Shown one piece after another: positions 1 to 12,308 of a stretch of DNA of 64,000 nucleotides (the stretch's first letter is position 1; each line of letters opens with the position of its first letter). Made by a program: the position numbers and the translations under genes. The notes below the pieces were generated by a model. The model saw nothing but the letters and a program-made list of their open reading frames with translations. It was not told where the DNA came from and made no database searches. Source of the stretch: Adineta vaga (lineage: Eukaryota > Animalia > Rotifera); NCBI GenBank assembly GCA_021613535.1, contig CP075493.1, forward strand, positions 1,178,001 to 1,242,000, in the 5' to 3' direction.

Positions 1-1287
1 ATGTTAATAGAATGAGTAGGCCAATGATTGTTTGATGTAACGGAAAATGAACGAATATCTAAGTATCTACGTCTTTTTATCGACAATGCCATTACTAATG
101 ACGTCGTCTAGTTTATTCAATGTATGATAAGAATAAAAACAAATATGCTTCTGTATTATAGAGAAAAGAAAATCTTATTTTTCTTCTTTGATTAGAAAAA
201 GACATTATCTATATCTGATGAACGTATATGCGTGACTTTTAATCAATAAAAAATCTCATTCAACTTAGAAGGAAAGATTTATTCATCAAGAAAATTTTCA
301 ATAATAAAGTTCCTATTCGAGTACACTATGATGATCTCATATTTAAGCCAACAATAAAAAGAAAACGAGAGAGAAAAAAAAGAATTTATCGTTTAATGAA
401 AAAACGCACATGCCTGCACGCACATGAAATTAAATAAGAATATATTATGTAAACTCTTTTACCTTGATTCGTTTTCTTTTTTCATTCATTGTTTGATTCT
501 TAAATGACAGGAAATTATTTAGTATAGAATATTTTCAAATCTACTCAATTGACATCGAATGTCAATAGAAGATAATGAAAAACTCTCATTTTTTTCCTTT
601 TTTTAAAATATGAAATATTAATCATATACTCGGGTGAAAGAGGAAAGTGTTAACTACCAGCAAATAACCCTTTGGAGATTTATATATTCACATCTTTATG
701 TTGTCAATATCAACTATTAGAAAAAATAATTATCTGATATTTATACTTAAACCGAATTAATAACTATGCGATGCTATCTTGAGAACGATTATCTAACAAA
801 AAAGAGAATATCTTCAAAGGTGTACATACGATTCTTTTTATTGAACTAGAAAAAGTAGGGGAAAAAAGTTTGTTAAGTATATTTTTATTTATGCGTTTAT
901 CTTTGTCATCATTGTTAAAAAACTTCGCTCTTTTCTATAGACTCATTTTGTCAAATGTGTTTCTAGACCATTTTTCTCACTCTTTTTTCCTCTTCTTCTT
1001 CTTCTATGTTTAGCTGCTAACAATGGATGTGTGACAAGAGAAATAAAAATATTATTTTCATACGTTTTTATATCGCGTGTTTATTATAAAATGCATTCGA
1101 ATTTGACGATATAAAAAAAAAGTTTAATTTCAATTCGATTAATAACGATGAGTTGATATCTAATAAAAGATGAAAGTATAACTATCACGGAAATGATCTT
1201 ATTACGTCTTTTATTAACAATAATCTCAAATGAAAACGAATTCTATTCTTTGATAGACTAAATATCTTTCTTCCGTTATGAATTTCC

Positions 1288-1734
1288 TTAAAATAGAATG
1301 GTATTTTTCTTTTCAAATAAATTATTCAAACGAAGAATTTCAGAAACGACGAATAACACAAGAATATGATATGTTATGCAAGAAGAACTTTTACTATAGT
1401 TATTATTCATAGATAAAGTTTTCAAACTAGAAAGTTCTAGTAAAAACGGATATTGTATTACTGAGATAATGAACTCAAAGTAGATCTTCAATTTGAAACA
1501 AAATGCAGATAATTCTTTTCCAGGTCACTTCATTCGAGACTTCCGAATCACACAATGAGTAAACCTATCGCACGTGAAAATCTTCTCATACGCTGTTCTT
1601 GACATGAAAAGAGATAATTTTGTGGTTGAAGCATTAGCAATGTCACCAAAATCCTTACTCATCGACACACTATCAACTTCAGAAGATTTTAAATACTTGA
1701 AAATTAAAAGTATTCTCTTCGAACTTTGTTTCAT
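1288..1734 (-). pseudogene. Possible highly degraded F-box-like gene fragment
   Basis: Broken ORFs MKQSSKRILLIFKYL... and ...LELSSLKTLSM loosely resemble the N-terminal and Leu-rich segments of the F-box genes in this window; no intact frame. Confidence 0.25.
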
Positions 1735-1864
1735 AGATTTACTGATATTTTGAAATGAGTTTGTTTTGTAGTTATGAGTAGAAAAAAAGAGAGTTAAATA
1801 TTATCATAAAAAAGGTGAATGGATTAATAAGAACAAGAAATTGTCTCGAGAAAATTGCAAACAA

Positions 1865-2118
1865 AACATGTGCGAGTTGTTGTTGAACAAATAAATGAAT
1901 AAAGAAGTCTAGAAGAATATATATATATATATCGATTGACTTGAGAAAATGAGACATTGCATTTTTTCCTATGTTTCATCTATATGACAATAGTTGAGTA
2001 TATCGTTCGATCATGTATATCTGCAATACTCATGCTGCGCAAACTCACCAGTTGTCTATCATCAATAAATACAAATTATTTTCAACAAACAACAACAAAA
2101 ATGGATATGAGTAGGTGA
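1865..2118 (+). repeat. Duplicated copy of the TRIM gene 5' region/first exon (copy A)
   Basis: aacatgtgcgagttg..gaacaaataaatgaata..gaagtctag..gagacattgcatttt..ATGacaatagttgag..gttcgatcatgtatatct..catgctgcgcaaactcacc..gttgtctatcatcaa matches 4501-4755. ATG 1984 gives MTIVEYIVRSCISAILMLRKLTSCLSS...*, versus MTIVEFLVRSCISTMHMLRKLTGCLSS at 4669. Confidence 0.85.
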
Positions 2119-2701
2119 AAAAATATTTTGTTGTTTCTTTTGCCAATCGAATAATCTTTGTAGGATATTTTCTATTCTAATGTTTAGAATTGTTTCAATA
2201 GGATAATTATTTCGTAATTTTTAGTTCGATATTAAACAAATTCATAGACTTCATATTTGATTTCAAAATCTTTCTTCAATAAAAATTCATTTAAATATTA
2301 AGAAAAACCTTTCAAAGGATATTTTGTCTATTAAAACATCTAATGACATGAAAGAAAAAAAAGCATTTCTATTGAAAATATATCTCAATGCCTTTCTTTA
2401 TATTTTGTATAATATTTCGCTATATAAACTAAATACTATTTTATTACGATTTGACGTTTCTTTGCAAATATGTTTAATGATGATTATAGCACTAAATGTA
2501 TATGCGGAGGGAGAGAGAGATTGTATTCACGCTCAATGACATATAGAACGAAAAAAGAGAAACAATGTCATTTATTCATTCATTTTCAGTTCTGTATATA
2601 GACATATCTTATGGTTCGCATTGACGACATTGGTCAAACAGAAAATGAGTACATATAAGTATATATATTCATAAACAAAAGGAGTAGATGAACGAAAACA
2701 A

Positions 2702-4192
2702 ATGAAACATTCATCGGTTGAGTTTCATGATTTACCTGACGAGATTCTTCTGATAATTTTGAAAAAATTGAACAATATTCAAGTACTTTATTCTTTAGTA
2801 CGTGTTAATAAACGATTCAATAGACTTGTACATGATTCATATTTTACAAGTAACTTATCATTATTGAGACGTTTCACCGATTATTCCATCGTTTCCTTAC
2901 CTGATTCAATACTTGATCGATTTTGTTTACAAATTTTAAAAGAAATTCATCAGAATATTCGATGGCTTAATCTGGAATCATTATCTATGAAACATATTCT
3001 TCTTGCTGCAAATTATCCCAATTTATTTGGACTTGGTTTATATAATATTGAGGCAGAGACAGAACTGTCTCTCTGTACTGGTAAATATAAATTTGACGAA
3101 AACGACAGAAGAAATTGGTATTAAAAAAATATAATTTAGACGAATTTCAGTTAATTCCTATAAACAAAAGTCAAATCTCGGCGCTTGTGATCGATGTTTT
3201 CAAATGTGAAGAAACAAAACGATTTAATAGCAATTTGATTACACGTATATTCATGAATATTTTTACTATGTTCTCTAATTTACAATATTTGAATTATTGT
3301 TCATCTTCAATTTATAATGGAAGATTCTTGTTTATCAATTTAAAACCAAATATTAATTCATCAACTCTCGTAGAACTACATATTTGTTTGTCGTGGTTTT
3401 GTGACTGTCTTTATATGCTTGATGGACGTTTCAATAATCTTCAGACATTTTATGTTGATATTGAGTGCATTAGTTCTGTGTATATGAACAACCATAAACA
3501 GGTAATTATTTCGAACGAATTCATTAAATGGTTTTTTTTATAGAAAAAATTGCCCTATTTAAAATGTTTTTCATTATCTTGTGGAATGGGAACACGTTTT
3601 TATGATGAATTAATTCTACCATTATTACAACGAATGTTAAATTTAGAAAAACTCTGTTGAAATGTTAATTGTGAGAGAAATACATTTATTGATGGAAATG
3701 AATTGAATGAGAATATGATTAATCATATGTTACAATTAAAGAGATTCGAACTTTATATTTGCTCAGGTTTTCATCGTGACAATCATATCTATTTACCAAC
3801 AAAAGAAGATATTCAATATACATTTAAAGATTTTAAAGATGGTCAAATTATTTCTTATGTTGATTATTTTCAAAAGGAATTATATCATCTATGTCACATC
3901 TTTTCGTATCCTGATCAAACAAAATAATTTTCCCGGTGATTTATTTAATCGTGTTCGTCAAGTATCATTATATAATGAACATCCTTTTGAACATGAGTTT
4001 TTTCTTCGAATTGCAAAATCATTTCCAGTTTTGCAAATACTTTCTATAAACAATTCTGAGCCGCAAAACAAGAAACTATACAGGAATTCAAGAAATGATC
4101 ATCAAGATTTTTCGATCATTAAATATCCTTATCTTAAGTACCTTACACTTTACTCCGCTCATCTTTATCATAAGATGACATATTTCAAATAA
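2702..4192 (+). pseudogene. F-box domain protein (bdelloid-type expanded family), disrupted
   Basis: F-box motif FHDLPDEILLIILKKL; exons 2702-3080, 3140-3501, 3544 onward; family motifs LDGRFNNL, FPGDLF..VSLYNEHPFEHEFFLRIAKSFP. In-frame TGA at 3658-3660 and a frameshift near 3920 relative to the paralog at 19721. Confidence 0.85.
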
Positions 4193-4668
4193 ATTTATGA
4201 GTGATACTGTTACTGAAATTTAAAAGAAAAGATATTGTTCAATTAATTCACTTTCATCTTCATCAACGCAGTGTACGAGTGAGACGAACAATTGATCGAT
4301 AAAAATAATTTTTTGATATTATTTGAATCATTAATAAGAACGATAGTTAACTATTCTTATCTTTTCCATCAATATGAAAAGGTTAATAGAGTTCAATAAG
4401 AATAAAAAGAAACTTTTGTTTTTCAGGGAAAAAAAGGTAGATTTACTTTCCGATATTATATAATAATGTAATTGTATTACAGATGAATTATGATGATGAG
4501 AACATGTGCGAGTTGATGATGAACAAATAAATGAATACAGAAGTCTAGGAAAACTATCATTCTAACCTTGGAATATCCTCGATGATAATCAATCTATCGA
4601 TTGGCCTGAAGAGATGAGACATTGCATTTTGTTTTGTTCTTCTATCTTTCCTTTACATTTTTATCTTT

Positions 4669-7600
4669 ATGACAATAGTTGAGTTTCTCGTTCGATCATG
4701 TATATCTACAATGCACATGCTGCGCAAACTCACCGGTTGTCTATCATCAACAACTTCTGATAATGATCAAACTCAGCAACAAGAAGAAATTCACTATTCA
4801 ACAACAAACATATTCTCTCAATTAACTTTTATTCATGATTTTACAATAGATACATCAACCAACATAGAAAATCAAGAGTAAGTCAAAAAATGATTCTTTG
4901 TTTTTTTTTCGTTATTCGACAAACGAATCGAATACATATGCACTGAATTTTCTTTCAAAGTAAAAAAAGACGAGAGAACCTAACTTTCTCGTTCTTTTTA
5001 TCTTTCCTTTCTACTTAAATCTGATAGTATATGATGACAAAATCTCTCATCTAAAATAATCGTTGGTGGATACATTGATGTATCTATCCCGACTGAAGTC
5101 AAAGAAAAACACGTCGTATATATTACGTATAAATATATATATATGTATTCATCTATCTCTATTCGTTTATAATTATATATCAAGTGTAAAAGAAAATAAC
5201 AGAAAAATATTGACGATGGCAAAGGAAAAAGAAAGAAGAGATCGATGGTCATCATTTGATCAACCAACATTAACTAGAATGGCAGCTGAAAATGATTCAA
5301 TGGATTCAAAAATCAAATTATCTCTTCCAAATGATTCCGAAAAGATCGCGTAAGTATTTTGTATACAATAGAAAAAGAACATCTGTAGAATGATTTTTAT
5401 ATAAGATCTATTCTGCACAGAGTTGATCGGATAGAATTATCTATCAGAGGTTGGTCTCACCCAATGATGATTAACGATTTACAATAACAGCAGAGTTGTA
5501 CAGTCATCTCATCATATGTCAAATAAATAAGAGTAACAGCATCAATATAGACATCATAGAGGAAAAAAACAGAATAGATCGAAAGCTCATATTAGAAGAG
5601 AAGAAGAAAAAACGGAGGAGAAGAAGAACGATGAGATGATTAAATGGATGAAAGAAGATAGAAAGAAAAGAAAGGATAAAGACTATGTCTTTTCTTCCTA
5701 CGAGCCAAAAATACAGATGATTATTAGAATAAGCATGTGTTTACGATCTATTTAGTACTTTGACTAGAAAAAGTGACGACAATCATAATCTACAATTGTC
5801 GGTAAATACCACATCTATACGACGAACACCAACACCATCACATATTATGACACAACAAGCACTTCGACTTGCCGAAAAAATTAATGATCAATATTTAACT
5901 TGTAAGATATGTTTGGTATGTGAATTTTATCTGTATGAAATGAGATCGAATAAAATCTTTCGTTTTATTTCTTTTTAGGAACCATTTAAAGATCCGAAAT
6001 GTTTAACTTGTCTTCATACATTTTGTGAAGAATGTATTGAAAGTCATGTTTCTGCTCAAAGGTAAATATTATCCATCAGTTTGATTGTCTAAAAATAGTC
6101 GAATCTGCGTCATTTGTTCGACACCTCCTCACTGAAATATCTATACCTCCGCACTTTTTTCTGCAAAAGAATGTGCGCGTATGTGTCAATAAGTAGATAC
6201 ACTCTTCATCACATAATATCTCATTCTCAATGCTTCATTACTTTATAACATATTGTTATCTTCCTTGTAAATTCATTTGTTTTCTTGTTGCGTTCTTCTT
6301 ATTCTCATGTTGTACATAAAGATATCGAAGAATCGTTCGTCCTTTCTCTTCTATGTATATAGAAAAGAAAGGAATTCCTTCAAATCAAAGACATTCATTA
6401 GAAGAAAAGAGAAATTCTCTTTAGGACATTGACAAAAGGTTTCTAATAACAGCTGTATCAATGCCGATAGCTTTTTACCATTTCTAAAAACATATTCTTA
6501 AGTGTCGTTGCTTTTTGCTCATATCATCTGAAAAATTTTGTAATTTAGATCATATAAATACACTGATTATCGTGAATTTGCTTGTCCGATATGTCGAAAA
6601 AAGACTTCAATTCCAGCAGGTGGTGTTCACAAATTGCCGGACAATTTTCTCGTTGCTGGATTATCAGAAATGATCACACAGAAAAGTTCTGGAACAGCTA
6701 GTTCTGTTCGAGTTTTAACGAATTGTGAAATGTGTAAAGCTGTTCATGATCGTGAACGTGAAGCAACATCACGTTGTCTTGAATGTCAAAAGTTTCTCTG
6801 TCGTCAGTGTGTTCAAGCACATCAAACTATCACTGTTACACGTGATCATTCAATATATGAATTAGAAATTGAAAAAGATATTTTATGCAAAGTAAGATGA
6901 GTAGAAAAGTTTTCAAATTTAATATTTTTTATTTCGTCGTTTTCTAGCATCATCCAACTGAATTTGTTCGTTATTATTGTGAACAATGTGAAGTATGCAT
7001 TTGTATTGCTTGTACATATGTTGATCATCGTGATCATCAATTAACCGATTTTCGTACGGCGGCAGCGAATCATAAAGCTTATATAATGGATTGTTTAGAA
7101 AATTGTAAAACACGTATGGGAGAATTAGAAGCTTATATGAATGTTATTCGACAATGTGATGTTAATATCGCACAAATTGAAGCAAGTATTCATGCATTAG
7201 CAACAACATTTGAAAAATCATTACGTGTGAAAGAACAAGAACTTGTTGAACAAATATCGAAATTATATGGCGAAGAAACGGATGAATTTATTAAACGTCG
7301 AGAAGAATTAGATGAATTTTATGAACAAATTAAAAATACATGTTCATTAACAGAATTAGTTATTCATGGTAAAGATATTGAATTATTATTAGTTAAAAAA
7401 CAATTATTAGAAAAATTTCATGAATTACAATCGGTGGAACTTGATCCATTACCGGAAAATCTCAATATGCATATTAAATTTCAAGCAGGACAATTAAATT
7501 TAGGACGATTAACGATTTCAGAAATGACACCAACAGATGATGATGAATGTGAAGGAGAATTAGAAGAAGAAGAAGAAGAAGACGAAGAAGAAGAAAATGG

Positions 7601-8284
7601 ACAAAAATATCCCAATAATAAATCAACCAATTCATTTATTACTCTATTAGAAAATAAAACTTTTAATTCAATTTCTACTCAAACAGATGATGTTACAGTA
7701 ACAACACAAGGAATACAGGTTTGAATCAAATTCATATCGATATCGATTCTTCAAAAATTTTCATTTAGACTACTGATGAATCTCTTTCAAATGGTGATCT
7801 TCTTGTTGAAAATGGTAGTTTTTCATCATCAACATCATTACCTATAGATGAGAATGGTAGTCTATCTCCTTCCCTTACATCATTATCATCAGAAAATGCT
7901 TCAAATATGTATGATCAAAGTAATAAACTCTCTCGTCGTGTTCGTCGTTTACTTAAACCAACATGTTGTGTGGCTGTTTTACCTAATACGGATGTTATTA
8001 TTCTTGATTGTGAACAAAATCTTGCATCAATACTTGATAAAAAAGGCAAATTTAAATATTGTTTTACAAGTGATATTCCAACTGCTGAACAGAAAGGCTT
8101 TGCTGTTGGAGGATTTTCACCAACAGCAAGTGTTAGTAGTGCACCAGCTGGTTCAAGTCGAACTGTTCGTATTCCTACACAACAAGGTTTATTATGTATT
8201 AAATTAAAAAATGAACGTGTCGGTGAATTACCATTTGGTTTTACTGTTCATGCATTTAATTCAATATCAGAAAGTGACAATTAA
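4669..8284 (+). CDS. TRIM-family E3 ubiquitin ligase (RING, two B-boxes, coiled coil, acidic tract, short NHL-like C-terminus)
   Basis: Phase-compatible exons 4669-4877, 5203-5349, 5756-5915, ~5979-6061, ~6549-6891, ~6948-7718, ~7769-8284. RING CKICL..PKCLTCLHTFCEEC..FACPICR; B-box1 CEMCK..CLECQKFLCRQCVQAH; B-box2 CKHH..YYCEQCEVCICIACTYVDHRDH. Confidence 0.88.
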
Positions 8285-8446
8285 TTTGGATTTTACTCAA
8301 CAATCATATTAGAATTTCAAAGGCAAAACAGCGTTTGACGTATTCCCAATGACATATCATAGAAATACATCTTGATTTATAATTTAATAATGAAAAAAAG
8401 AAATAAAATTATTCGATTTTTGGAAGAAGATTTTCATTTCTACTTT

Positions 8447-8740
8447 TCACAAGTCATGTTTCTGTTTGTCGTTTGATTTTGAAAGATTGAAGTTAGCGGG
8501 AGAAGAAAAATGAGGATCTGTTAAAATCGAACACACGTCACATACCATTCTCGATGTTTTTGATAGATAAATTTTTAAACATTGTCGACGAAGACTATTT
8601 CGATATAACTGACTTGCTATATTATTAACATGAACGATAAAATAAATAACAAAAAATGGTAAATTTAAAATCGTCGTTAAATACACTTGAACTATTAATA
8701 TTGTCAGCATATGAGAGCGATGACGATCATGAGAATTAGA
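8447..8740 (-). pseudogene. Possible GPCR-like C-terminal remnant
   Basis: HDRHRSHMLTILIVQVYLTTILNLPFFVIYFIV resembles a TM6-type segment of rhodopsin-like receptors; the upstream part cannot be reconstructed as an intact gene. Confidence 0.25.
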
Positions 8741-9880
8741 TAGAAGTTTATTTCATGCTGTTATAATACCTATAAGAATAAATGTATGTATTGTACATAT
8801 ATCAGTAATTGATGTGAATAGAAAATAAACAGCACATGAATTTATACATAGTTGTTTTTCAAGAAATGCTAACATATTTAAACAAGATTCGCATATACCA
8901 ATACAATAGAGTATTAAAAGGAGATATTTATTAATTTCAACAAGAATTTCATTTAAACGATATGTCTTTCAGCAATTTGAAAGATGATTAGAAACCTTAA
9001 AATACCATATGATATTTAACCAACAGCATCATTTTAATCACTAAAAATAAACCTAGCAACTGCCGGTATGCTGTTTGGCGACAGCTGCACTTTTCCGATG
9101 GTCATTTTTCTTTAAAAAAAAGTGTCAGATAGTCACTCATAATATAATATTCTGATTTTTTTAAAACATTCTTTGCTTTTGATCATCAAAAACCATAGAA
9201 TTAAAATAAACTGCGCGACAAGATCCAAATAGCAAGTAATACACTTTTCTCTTGGACAATTTGTGATTGTAGTACAGATTGGACACCAAAAAAACAAAAA
9301 AACATAGCTTTGTATGCGGCTGCTTTCTTATACGATATAACTAATTGACATAAATCAGATAGTAAACGATGTTATTCATGATTGGTTTAGTAACATTTTG
9401 ATGTAACTCAGATTAACATTGAAACAGTTTTCTTACTTAAAATTAAAGGTAAATTTTCTATGAGTGTAAAATATTGTTTAGCATTGTATTTCTTCTGAAA
9501 AATATAAAGATGGGTAGATGAGTGCAGCTGTAACTAAGAAGACGGTAAAAATGTCCTTTCGAGACATTTTGTATATATGATTCATCAATGAATAAAGAAA
9601 TGTTGGTAAGAAACGGCGAAATACCTTCTTTTCAGTTGACACAATCGTTACTAGATTATTCATCTGACCACCTATGGAATGAGATGAAATGATTGCCTAA
9701 AGAATGTTTGTTAAGTTTCTAGTTATGGGGAGAGAGAGAGAGAAAAAACAAAATAATGAAAAGAAAATAACCGATGCACTTTTTACTTGAAAATACAGTT
9801 AATAATATATTCAAGCGAAAGTTTAATTCACAACAATAAAATAAAGTATTGATACGGCGATTTGGAATTATTCATTAGTG

Positions 9881-12308
9881 ATGATACATTCAAACATATA
9901 TATGGTTTTAATTCTATTAAATTTTACTTTAAATCTACGAGCTATCTCTATATATAATCCTGAAGAAAATGGTACCTATATACTTTATAAATTTATAAGA
10001 TTTATAAATTTGTTTTATTTTTTCTTACAGAGGGACTCGAAGGAGGTGATATGATTCCTCCGCCGAATGCTCAATCTCTTCCAGAAGTCAGTCTTTTCAC
10101 ATTGGATATTATAAAAATCAACATGTTAGGATTTTAGCGTGGTGTAGCAATAAGACCAGCATCCGCTAATCGATGGTCAGGTGGTGTCATCCCCTATGAA
10201 TTTGCTACAAACATCAGTTCATATACTTTTTTTCTGCTTTATAGAAATAATAAGTCATATATTTTAGCTGTTAATAACTCGATTTTTATTGTACAACAGA
10301 TGAGAGCAATGGAAAATCTTACCCAAGTGAATAATACAAACTGCATCTCATTTCGACCGAAGACTGCATCCGATCAATATTATATTACAATCTTTAATGG
10401 ATCTGGCTGTTATTCTCCAGTGCGCAAAGAAATCTCATATCCTTTAAAGTGATTATTTGCTTTTTCTTTCATTAGGTTGGATCTTGGGGTACTTATCGTG
10501 GAACACGCCCCGTTTCACTCATGGATGGAAGATATGCTACTTGTATAGTTTCAGGAATTATTCAACATGAATTAACGCACGTCCTAGGTATGATTTCGAA
10601 TATATAATGAGAGATTGTTTTACTATCTATTAAACAGGTTTTTATCATGAACAATCACGACCTGATCGAGATTCATATGTTTCCATACAATGGGATAATA
10701 TTAATCCAAGTAAATCTTTTTCATTAAAGAGAAAATATTAGTTGTTTTTTTCTCTTAACGATAGTTAACGCATTTAATTTTGTTAAATATAATGATACAG
10801 ATGTTGATACTCAAATGACATCATATGACTATGGATCAGTTATGCACTATGAACGAAATGCATTTGCTCGTAATATTAGTGGATTAACGATTATTCCAAC
10901 ACAAAATACTACTGCGTTTATTGGACAACGAATTCAACTGAGTCCAATCGATATACTTGAAATTCAACGATACTATGGTTGTGTTGCTACACCAACTCTG
11001 ACAACGACTACAACATCTAACTTATCTACTAGTGAATAGATTTTATAATGAAAAAAAATGTATTAGATAATACGTCTTATAGACTTTACCAATATGACGA
11101 CATTGACCATGACAAATGCCACTTTGAGTAAGTTTTACAATAGTTTTTGAAAATACTTCGGAATAATCGCAACAATTAATCTATATTTTTTGAATAATTT
11201 TAGCAACAAATACAACTTCTAGTAAGCTTTTTAAAATCATATCTGCGACATTTACTAAAAGATTCACTATTTAGTTTCGTCTTCTTCTACTAGAAATACT
11301 ACATCAATAAGTAAAGATAATTTCTTTTAGAATATAATTTAAGGCCACCACCCCCTCCAAAAATGTCGATCTTCGTCAAAAATGTTGAAGGTGAGATAAA
11401 TGCATAGGGATATAGTCCGTCTTTGGATCTTTCAGAAAAGATATAAATTTCCATTCAACAGCTAATTTTTACCTTTAAATCTGGAAGACTTTCAGTAAAA
11501 AATGTTTTTCGTTTTTCCTCAATTTATGCCGTTTTAATCCTTTGTCGAAGATTTCTCGGTTTGGATCCGTTCAATATATTAATATTTCTTTTGTTAGAAA
11601 AAGCATGTCAAGATGCAGGGCACCACAGAGTCCTTTTTTACATTAAGCTTTATATTCTGTGGAATGTACAGACATTTATGTACATAAATACACATTTTCA
11701 ATATGTTTTTTGAGTCATTGACTTTGTGATCCCGTCTTTTAACTAAAAAAGTAAGAACTTGAAAAAAAGAACTCTGTGGTGCCCTGCATCTTGACATGCT
11801 CTTTCTAACAAAAAAAACATGAATATATTGAACGGATCCAAACCGAGAAATCTTGGACACAAAATGTGGTATTTTTCACCCTTGTTTGGTTCACATCTCT
11901 GTTAAACGTTGACTAATCGAGCTGAAAATTTTACCACAACCTCCTCACTTCAGCCCTAAAACATACGCCAAATCTCAGCCCGATTGAACTTACCTGGGCC
12001 GAAATCGATTTTCGAGGAGGGGGGGGTGGCCTTAATCTTTCATTTCTATTTCGTCATATCTTAGTATTCACTATTAATCAAACCTCGCAAACACTATCGA
12101 CGAGAAATTCATCTACGACTTCATCGACTATCACCGATAGTTCGGTAATACATACATATATATATATTGAAAACTTTGATATGATACCACTGGTCTTGTT
12201 TAGAATGTACTAAAAATAGGTCTAGCCATTGGAATTACTGTGTTCGTTATCTTAATCATTATTGGTGGAACAATTGCTTGCATTATTATTCGAAAGCGCA
12301 AAACATAA
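9881..12308 (+). CDS. Astacin-family (M12A) zinc metalloprotease with signal peptide, Ser/Thr-rich stalk and C-terminal transmembrane helix
   Basis: Signal-like MIHSNIYMVLILLNFTL; EGGDM pro-region; RWSGGVIPYEF; GCYSPVG; zinc motif HELTHVLGFYHEQSRPDRD (spliced 10568-10670); Met-turn YDYGSVMHY; last exon 12204-12308 NVLKIGLAIGITVFVILIIIGGTIACIIIRKRKT*. Confidence 0.92.
11343..12031. mobile_element. Non-autonomous DNA transposon with TTAA target duplication and GG...CC termini (Kolobok-like) in an astacin intron
   Basis: TTAA(11339-42)|ggccaccaccccctcc..aaaatgtcgat ... atcgattttcgaggagggggggtggcc|TTAA(12032-35). Removing the element and one TTAA leaves a typical 61-nt intron. Confidence 0.85.
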
